This document shows positions 54,557 through 64,000 of a stretch of DNA of 64,000 bases, one piece after another. Made by a program: the position numbers and the translations under genes. The stretch covers positions 41,230,001 through 41,294,000 of the forward strand of contig NC_043007.1 of the NCBI RefSeq assembly GCF_006345805.1, read 5' to 3'. The DNA is from Octopus sinensis. Its lineage: Eukaryota. Below the pieces are notes generated by a model that was given only the letters and a program-made list of their open reading frames with translations, was not told the origin of the DNA and ran no database searches. The first letter of the stretch is position 1. Each line of letters opens with the position of its first letter.

Positions 54557-54982
54557 CATGTGTTGAAAGCAGACTTGGATTCTTCGATTGCTTCTGTATT
54601 CGTGGCTACACAGGGAAGTTATGTGAAACCAGAATCGATGAATGTGCATCACGCCCATGCAAAAATGGTGCCACCTGCACAAACATGCAGCCTGGATTTG
54701 TATACTGCAGCTGTCCAATTGGTTTCCAGGGTGTCTACTGTGAGAAAAAGGATGATGCTTGTCGTTCAGCACCATGTCGTAATGGTGGCAAGTGTGAGAC
54801 AAGACCAAGGGGCAACTATCTGTGCCACTGTAGAAATGGTACCCAGGGAAAGCAGTGTGAGTTTGACATCAATGAGTGTGCCAGCCAGCCTTGTGTAAAT
54901 GGTATATGTCATCAGGTGGGCCTTGGCGGGTATGAGTGCCTTTGTAATGACACAGGATTTACAGGGAAAAATTGTGAAACTG
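54557..54982 (+). CDS. Exon: end of EGF12, EGF13-15
   Basis: acacag|...|gtgagt; CVESRLGFFDC...CLCNDTGFTGKNCET. Confidence 0.93.
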
Positions 54983-57049
54983 GTGAGTATGTTTACACCT
55001 AACCCATTGACTTACATATACACACTTACACACACACATGTACATGCACATACACACATACACACACATGCACATATACATATACACACACATGCACATA
55101 CACACATACACACACATGCACATATACATATACACGCACATAAATATATAAGATGGATTGCCAGTGGTTTCGATGGTGAGAATCCAGTTGCTTGACCAAC
55201 TGAATGTCCTGGTCATTTGATTAGCATGTGGATGAGTATTCCACAGTCATGAAAGATGAAAAGAGACATACATAACAAAGTTATTCTGCCTTTACAAACA
55301 CATACTAATGTTTAAACATACATATGCACTCACTAATATAATAAATAAAATAAAATATGCACAAAAATAAAGGTTATGATTACATAAATTGAATAACTTA
55401 GCATAACTCTGAACAATGTTGTACTCAGGAAGACCCTTTCACTACAATAGAATTGAGATCTTAAAACCAAGATGCCACATAAAAAGCATTGATGTGGTTG
55501 CTTGTGCCATGTAAAAAGCACCGGAGCTAATGCCACATAAAAAACACCTAGTGAATCCTGTAAAGTGGTTGTCATTAGGAAGGGCATCCAACTGGAAAAG
55601 CCAAGCCAAAACAGGCTATGGAACCTAGTGCGGACCTTGGACTTGCCACTTACTGTCAAGCTATCCACCTCAAGCCAGCATGGAAAATGGACATTAAATG
55701 CTGTTGATGATGATGAATTATCAGACAGAATCAACATGATACAGTGTGTGATACGGCTGTATTTTTTGAATGACAGATATAATCCATCTGATGGGTTTCC
55801 ATAGTTTTCATCTACCCTGTTTTATTCATAAAAAAAAGTCAACCTGAGATTTTAGAAATAGTTTTGCCCAAGCTGTCACATGGTGGGGTTGAACCTAGGG
55901 TCTCATGGTTGCAAGGCAAAATTCTTAACCATTTACCCGTAATGTGCCAATATTGCTTGCTTAAGCCCTTCTCTCCCTATGGGGAAAAAACTACCGACGA
56001 CTATTCTCCAGTGTTCCCTACACTGGGTTGTTTTCTCTTGGTAATCAGAAAAAAGTGGCGAGCTGGCAGAAACGTTAGCACACCGGGCAAAATACTTAGC
56101 AGTATTTCATCTGTCGTTATGTTCTGAGTTCAAATTCCGTCAATGTCAACTTTGCCTTTCATCCTTTCGGGGTCGATAAATTAAGTACCAGTTACACACT
56201 GGGGTCGATGTAATCGATTTAATTCCTTTGTCTGTTCTTGTTTGTTCCTTCTATGTTTAGCCCCTTGTAGCAATAAAAAATAATAAAAGGAGTTGGTCTT
56301 GCTGCTTCTTTTCAGATTTTGCTGTACAATGCAAGGCTTTTCTCTCCCAAATCACATTGGTTATGAGGTGTCATCGATAATTCTGAAACTTTGACTTTTA
56401 CTTGGTCGAGATGTTGGCCTCACACAAAACCCATTTTTACCTCTGGGAAGAGGGGTGTGGTTCATATTAGTCTGCCTTCTCTATCCTTTACCTGTCCAGC
56501 TTGAGAAACTTTTCCAGGAAACTGCATAGCTCTCTGCTGGCATAGCTCACAGGGTCATTCAAGCAAACAAGCTACTACACTGCAACAAGGACTAGACTTT
56601 GTGGTAAACTGTGCCTACACACACACACACACACACACACACATAAAGAATTACACACAAACATACATAAGTACATATGTGCAATTTCTGTTAATTTTTC
56701 CAACATGATTTACATTTTGCCCAGAATGCTAACTAACAATTCTGCCAGTTTGTATTTGACCTGTTATGTTTACATTTGACAGAAGTTTTGATGGGAATAT
56801 TCCACCAGTATTCCTTGAGTTGGTGCTTATGAATGTGTTCCATAACTGAGGGATTTTCTAAGCTTATTTCAGGACAGTCTTTTTTTCCAATGGCATTGTA
56901 AATTGTTTTAGCAACATTGTGTCACATAGGGGGGTAGTACTGCGATGACATTTTAGGGCAGCTGCTAATCACATGTGTGATGTCTTCTGCAGAAACATAG
57001 TTTACACATGACATAGCTTACACATGCAGTTGTACCTTGAGATTACAAG

Positions 57050-58320
57050 GGCATCACTGTCTCTTGTTCACCAGGTACTTTGTGGAAATCTCCTGTTCCT
57101 GGATTGCAAACACACAGCCTTCAAAATGTGATGTGATGTAGTGGTCTTGTGTCCAAGAGAAGCTGTCAATTCTACAGTCTTCTTCAAGCTTCCAGGAAAC
57201 ATACCCATATATAGTCTTTTTCTTTTTGGTATACTGAATGCTTTCCATCCAGGTCTTCTCTAAAGTAAGAGAGTGCTTCTTGAGGAGTTCACTGCCACCT
57301 TGTACAATGCTGCTCACTTCACTTTTCAGCAGTGCATTTATATATTTATTTTTGCTGCTGTTGTTCAGCAGATGCTGCCTGAGTGATATCATATGACATT
57401 CGAAGGCCATCTGCACTGATCTCAGGCCTCTACTACTTTCATTTCTTCTTAGGCAGAGCTTGTCAACATCACTGTTTCTGTGGAAGTTCCCTGTTATTGT
57501 CAGGATTTTGCAGGTTTTGATATCTATGGAGTGGATTTCTTCTACAGACCAATCAAGTATCCTAAATGTAAGGATCAGTACTGGTACTGCAAATGCATAG
57601 TGGAATATTGTTTTGTTGTAAGGGGAGAGTTTCGACTGCCATATTTTCCTGAGTCTGGTGTAATATTCACAGGTCACTCTATCTTTATTCACAGTACCTT
57701 CATATGATACATTTTTGTCTATGCCTAGGTACTTGTAACATTCTTTGTGTGGAATGGAGGAAATAGAGAGACCGTTGATGCACAGGTTTTGGGTTTGGGG
57801 CACTGACTTTCCTTGTTCTATAACCAAATATGAATATTTCTTTTGACCAAATTCCATAGCTATATCACTTGAAAATGTTGCTATTAATTCCACTTGTTTT
57901 CGGCATTAACACTTTTAGCATAAATCTTCAGGTCGTCTACATAGAAATTGTGAGTTACACTGATATTTCTAGCAGTTGGAAATCCTAGCATGTAACTATT
58001 TGTTTTCTGCAGTAGAAATGATAATGGATTCAGTGCTAAAATGGAAAAAAGTACAGAAAGACTATCTCCCAGGAATATTTTCTTTGGAATGTCTATACTA
58101 TCAGACACAATTATTCTGTTTTCAGTTGTAAGGGTAAGAATTGTTGTCCATGTCTTTGTGAGTCTCTCTATAGCAGCAATTAAGGTAGTAGGTACATTTG
58201 CCAGACGTAGGCACTTCAAAAGTCATGAATGAGGGATAAAGTCGAATGCCTTCTTATAGTCAAGCCGTACTGCCAGGAGGTTTCTACGTTGTTTTCTTAC
58301 TTCAGACAGTACAGGTTTGT
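57050..58320 (-). mobile_element. Degenerate R4-like RT fragment, distinct subfamily (copy D)
   Basis: LDYKKAFD, IFLGDSLS, FYVDDLK, CYKYLGI on the - strand. Confidence 0.8.
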
Positions 58321-58650
58321 TTATTAAAAGTGTGTGTGTATGTATGTATGTATGTATGTATGTATGTATGTATGCATGTATGTGTGTATGTGTGTGCATG
58401 TTGTGCATCATGTAACAGTTGTAAATGAATGTCACTCTTCTACAAGCAATGTTACTCATTTCCAATATACTGGGTAAGCACGTCTGGTCATTACCTTGCT
58501 TGGTAACAAGTGGAGGGTGGCAACAGGATTAGCATCCAACCATAGAAGATTTTCCTCAGTGGATTCCATTCAACCCATTCAAGCTTGGTAAAATGGTGAT
58601 AATAAATATATTAAAATGAAGATCATAGACATATTCTTTTTAATTTCAAG

Positions 58651-58767
58651 ATATCAAAGAATGTGATTCTCGTCCATGTTTAAACAATGGTACTTGCTGG
58701 GAAGAAGGACCTGGAAGCTTCAAATGTCTGTGTCAAAATGGTTTCAATGGAGATTTATGTTATCATG
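58651..58767 (+). CDS. Exon: EGF16
   Basis: atttcaag|...|gtaagt; IKECDSRPCLNNGTCWEEGPGSFKCLCQNGFNGDLCYH. Confidence 0.92.
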
Positions 58768-59044
58768 GTAAGTCATGTTCTGCTAATTTTTCCTATCAAT
58801 TGGACAATAATGAAGGTGATTATGTTCATATAGGCATACATACATGTATGTATGTATGTATGTATGTATGTATGTATGTATGTATGTATGTATGTATGTA
58901 TGTATGTACATATGTATGTATGTATGCATGTATGCATGTATGCATGTATGTATGTATGTATGTATGCATGTATGTATGTATGTATGTATGTATTTATGTA
59001 TGTATGTATGTATGTATGCATGCTTGCTTGCATGCATGCATTCA

Positions 59045-59860
59045 TAGGTTACCAAACCGATCTGTAGAGGCAAGAAGCACTCTGCCCAATCAGATACTAA
59101 ATGATCTCATGACCCACAACCAGAAACAAGTGCCCACTACTGTGCATGAACTTATCTCTTCCAGCTTATTTCCACCTTAAGCCACTAACCTCCTTATAAA
59201 CATACCCTGAAATTCCACCATCTACTTCATCCCCAAAATTCACAAAATGGGACAAACTGCCCTAAACCTCTTAATCATGTTCTCTTTTCTGCCTGGATAA
59301 TCCAAACACCTTTTCACCATAGACATTAAATCATTCTACTCAATCACCACAACAGCCTATCAGCCCTTAAACACTCCCTACACCATTGCTCCCTATCTGA
59401 GCTCAGTACTACAATACTCCTCTACTTAGCCAAGCTCCCTAGACTTTAATTGCTTTTCTTTCTCTGGGAAAATTTACAAACTAATTAGTTGAGTCACTGT
59501 GGGAACCAAGATGAGACCCAATTATGTAAACCTTTTTATAGGTCACACTGAAGAGAAATTCAAGGAACCTATCCCAGAGCTGTTCAGTCATTATGCTGAT
59601 GACTGTGTCAGTGCTACCACGCTTACCAGACAACAGCTTGACAGTTTGATCCCTTCTGTTAAATCCTTTCCCTCTACCTTGAAATTTAGCTTTCTTGACA
59701 TCTCTATCACTAGAAACAATATCCATCTGTCTCCCTCCATCCACTACAAGTCTCTTGACTCCCATTCCTATCTCTACTACTCTTCTTCTCATGCCAGACA
59801 CTTTAAATCTGCCTTCTGTTCTCTCAATTCCTTTACCTTTCAAATCCAGATGTGAAGTGA
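59045..59860 (+). mobile_element. Penelope-like element RT remnant
   Basis: IYFIPKIHK, MGTKMRPNYVNLFIG, YADD, FLDI, YKSLDSHSYLYYSSSH. Confidence 0.7.
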
Positions 59861-60033
59861 TGCAACAATTCTGCCTGAACCAAATATGCCCTCAATCAGT
59901 TGTGGACCCCGCATTTCACTGAGTCCAGGCCAGCAACTGTGCCACTGCTCTCCTACCCTCTTTATGCACACCTAAAGATTGGATTTAGGTGTGCATAAAG
60001 ACCATGTCCTACTCTCTCTCTCTCTCTCTCTCT

Positions 60034-60074
<41 letters not shown>

Positions 60075-60145
60075 TATACATATACAGTAGAACCTCAGTT
60101 TTCAAACAACTCTGACCACAAATAGATCATACTATATATATATAT

Positions 60146-60176
<31 letters not shown>

Positions 60177-60185
60177 CTGTGTGTG

Positions 60186-60268
<83 letters not shown>

Positions 60269-60763
60269 CATATTTGCATGTATATATATATATATATACA
60301 TACATATTTGCATGTATATATATATGTATGAATGTATATGTGTGTGTATGCATGTTAGTGTGTTTGTGTCTCCTTGTTTTGACATCATGCACTGATTGTA
60401 AACAAAGCCACCGTTCTTACAAAAACAGTGTCATATGTTTGCAGTCTTCCATAAAAATATGCCTGACCATTTAGTTATTCATGTTCAAGGACCAGAGGCA
60501 ATACTATTTTGTTTGGAAGTAGGTAAGAATTGGTAACAGGAAGTGCATCCAGCCACAAAGAATCTGCTTCAAGGAATTTTATCTAACCTATACAGTGGAT
60601 GTTAAAAGAAATATAAAGACGATAATGATGATGATGATGTGTACATGTGCTTATGTATCTATGTGTTATATTATATGGAGACAGTATATGTTTCTGTTTA
60701 ACACAACACAAATAAATATTAGTTTTTAACCATTTAGAACTTATCTAATTCTACTGTTTATAG

Positions 60764-60880
60764 ATATCAATGAATGTCTCAATGACCCATGTTATAATGG
60801 TGGCTTCTGTGAAGAAGGTGTTCCTGGTACTTTCAAATGCAAATGTCAGACAGGTTATTATGGTACCCACTGTGAGAAAG
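60764..60880 (+). CDS. Exon: EGF17
   Basis: tttatag|...|gtaact; INECLNDPCYNGGFCEEGVPGTFKCKCQTGYYGTHCEK. Confidence 0.92.
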
Positions 60881-61405
60881 GTAACTAAATCATTTTCCTA
60901 ACCATTTTTATAGTGTATTTTTGATTCATGGTTTTTTTTTATTTTTGTGTTTTTTTTTAAAAACTTACTTGTGGTTTGTATGAGTAAGTGTGAAGGTGAC
61001 AAAGAAAGGAAGAAAAAAGAAAGAGAGAGAGAGTGTGATTTTGCCTGTGTCAAGGCCAAAAGCTCTCTAAAAAGATCTTGTAAAAAGATGTTCGATGTCA
61101 AAGGTTAAATGATGATCTATACCTCTGGAGACAAGTGTATGCCTCCACACACACACACACACACTTATGCATGTGTGTGTAAGTGTGTGTGTGTGTGTGT
61201 AATATATGTGTATATCTATGTCTATCTTTACATACTACTCCACCTCAATTCCCTCCAACAGTCTCTTTTCTAAAATGTGAGCTGCCAAATAGCCCCCACT
61301 ACAGGATTATTATTGCAGTTCCAAACAATGCTGATTTTTGTAGGTATTCTACCTTTACATTTGTACCAATCTTTATGAGCCATGTTATTATTATTATTAT
61401 TATTA

Positions 61406-61447
<42 letters not shown>

Positions 61448-61448
<1 letters not shown>

Positions 61449-63096
61449 GACGTCGCACAGTATAGAATATTGTGAGGTTGTTGATAGAAGATATTGTGTC
61501 TACTTGGAGTTTGTACTCTTTGTCAAGTCACAACAAGGACTCCAGATAGACAGTACTTTATGCAATAAGCATGCAATTCCAAGTAATGCCAACTTTTGAA
61601 TACATCTAGATTGTAGGGTATTTCTAAGGCTTACAGATGTTTCTTCAGATTGGATGGTATTGAACCCAATGCTCCGATGACAATAGAGATAACCTTTATG
61701 TTTAACTCTCTTAGCTGCCACATCTTAGTGATCTCAATTCTCAAGTCTCCATATTTATCAACCTTTTCTCTTTCTTTCATGATGATATGTTGATCTCCTG
61801 GCACTGCCACATCAATTATTAGGCACTCTTGTTTGTCCCTCCTAAAGGTTACTATATCCAGCCTTCAGTGCTCTAACACCTTGTCTGTCTGGAAATCAAA
61901 GTCCCAGAGGATTTTTGCCTTCCCCTTTTTGTCCATTACCTTTTCTGGTGTATGTTGGTACCAAGCACCCGTAACCTCATATCCATACTTACGGTATAGT
62001 AGCCAGTGGAGGTTTTGGGCTACCTTGTCATGTCTACGCTTATTTTCTCTCTGTGCAAGACTTTCACAAGCACTAACAATGTGAGTCACACTTTCAACCC
62101 TCTTCCCACACATTCTGCAGAAGTCCAATGCACTTGTGTTGCATATATTCTTTTACACTGAGTTGGTATTCAATGCCTGGTCCTGGGTAGCGATGATTAG
62201 GCTTTCAGTCGTCTTCTTTTTAGGTCACCCTTGATGAGCCACCTCCATGATGCTTCCTGGTCTTTTAATCTGTTGGTTTAATGGCGGAACTGACCATGTA
62301 ATTCCATACAGAGTAGGGTTTCTTCTCTCTCGTTGGTTGTTCTTGATCAGAATTCATGAGCACTCATAAGTCCATTTTTGTTAACTCCTTCTGCTTTAGC
62401 AGCATACTGTAGCAGGTCTTCTTTGCTGTTTACCAAATATTTTGCCATGTTTCTTCTTTCACTGTTGATGCACCCCCATATGCTAATCAGCTCATGTCCA
62501 CCTTTATCTATCTTCATGTAGAGCCTGTGGACATTTTCCTTAGGGTGGAGGGCATCATGCATTGTCATTGTCTTTCAGTTAGTGCGATTGAGTTGGTCCA
62601 TCTCCCCTTGTGCCCATATCAAGATGGGTGTACTATAGCAGACTACAGCAAAAGCCCATATGTTGATAGCAGTTACAAGGTTCCTTGAGTTGAGCTTTGA
62701 TTTCAAGAGAAGTTTGAGATGCTTGAAATATGCAGTGATGACCTTGTTTTTCATTTCTTTGTGCAAGATATTGTCCAGCTCCAGGATCCTGAGGTACTTG
62801 TACCCATCATCATCCGGGTCTTCCATTCTCTCTCCATTTGGCAATTCTATGCCCCAACAATTTACTCTTTTCCTTCACTTCAAAGTAAGCACTGCACTCT
62901 TTGAGATACCGAATTCCATCCTTATATCCTTGCTGCACATTTGCATAGTCTCAACCAGCCTCTCCATTTCAGGCTCTGTTTTTGTGAACAGTTTTAAATC
63001 ATCCATGAAGAGAAGTTGGTTGAGACTAGGTCCGTTCTTTCTCAGCTCATATTGCATGTTGATTTTATATAGGACTACAGAAAGTGGGATCAAGGC
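61448..63096 (-). mobile_element. R4/Dong-like retrotransposon, third subfamily (copy C), 5'-truncated
   Basis: LLFMDDLKLF, YKYLRILE, CRMCGKRVESVTHIVSAC, ILWDFDFQTD; (TAA)n on both sides of the - strand. Confidence 0.85.
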
Positions 63097-64000
63097 TTAT
63101 TATTATCATTATTATTATTACATAGGAAGATTCTTGAATTATAGGGCCTCAGTAACTTTTGGACATCAACTCCTCATTCCTTCTATCTCAATATACCCCT
63201 ATCCTTTCACAAAACCACAAGGGTCTGTATGGTTTCAGTAGTGCAAGGTAGGATACTTCCATTCTCCTGTTAACAGCTCTTCATCATTATCATCATCATC
63301 GTCGTCGCCATTGTCGTCGTCGTCGTCGTAATCATCATCATCATCATTAACTTTATCATCATCATCAATGTTTTAATGTTTTTTTCTTAATGTTGACAAA
63401 TTAGATAGGTCTTCAGTACAGCATATTGCTATTTGTCTTGAGTTTCTGTCTTATACATGTTCTATCCTGCATTCCAAAATGTTTCATTCAGCCATTTTGT
63501 TCGCTGGGTCCACTTTACCAACAACATATGGTACATTTTCACAAAGGATTCAGTGTTCAAACAAGACATATTCATACTCTCACAGTCCCCTTTCCCTGAC
63601 AGATTGATTAATCTTTCTTAATATCAAATCACTGTAAATTTATTTGTGTTACACCTCTGGTTAATAAGCTTTACATATCCTGTGATTCAGGTCAACCTCA
63701 TATCCCCCCAGCTGTCACAGATCTTCACACATTAAATCCAGATTCATGTGGTACAATCATACACCATCATACTTCTTACACATACCCTTTTTCTCTTTTC
63801 ACCTCAAATCTTCAAGCTCATGAGGCCAGAGCTCATCCAGATTTTTCAGTATCTTTAGGCTCTGAATGGAATACTTGTCTGTCACAGGACTAACCCCTAG
63901 GTACCAATGGTATTCATTTTCATTTGAGTGTACCAGAGCAACATGAAATGTCCTGCCTTGTTCACAAATCAAACCCATAACCTAAAGATCATGAGCTTTT

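Overview
AT-rich, microsatellite-dense animal genomic DNA. The SINE/LINE complement resembles a coleoid cephalopod such as Octopus (inference). The window is mostly the introns of one + strand gene. I can chain 14 exons (8180-60880) by GT-AG sites and matching phases into 2698 nt (899 codons + 1 nt) with no stop codon. The product is a Delta/Serrate-like protein: C2/MNNL-like N-terminus, divergent DSL domain, a linker mini-exon with an RVRR furin-type site, then at least 17 EGF repeats. The start exon was not found and the gene continues past the right edge. Introns and flanks hold four R4/Dong-clade (RLE) non-LTR retrotransposon copies, three of them flanked by (TAA)n on both sides. They also hold two mariner copies, a Tc1-like deletion derivative, Gypsy, CR1, RTE and Penelope fragments, and many tRNA-derived SINEs. 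The least expected signal is a set of type I hammerhead ribozyme folds. One sits in each unit of a ~540-bp tandem array just downstream of the DSL exon, and a diverged relative at 22 kb shows compensatory stem changes, giving a retrozyme/Penelope-like system. All folds and alignments were done by eye; no searches were run.
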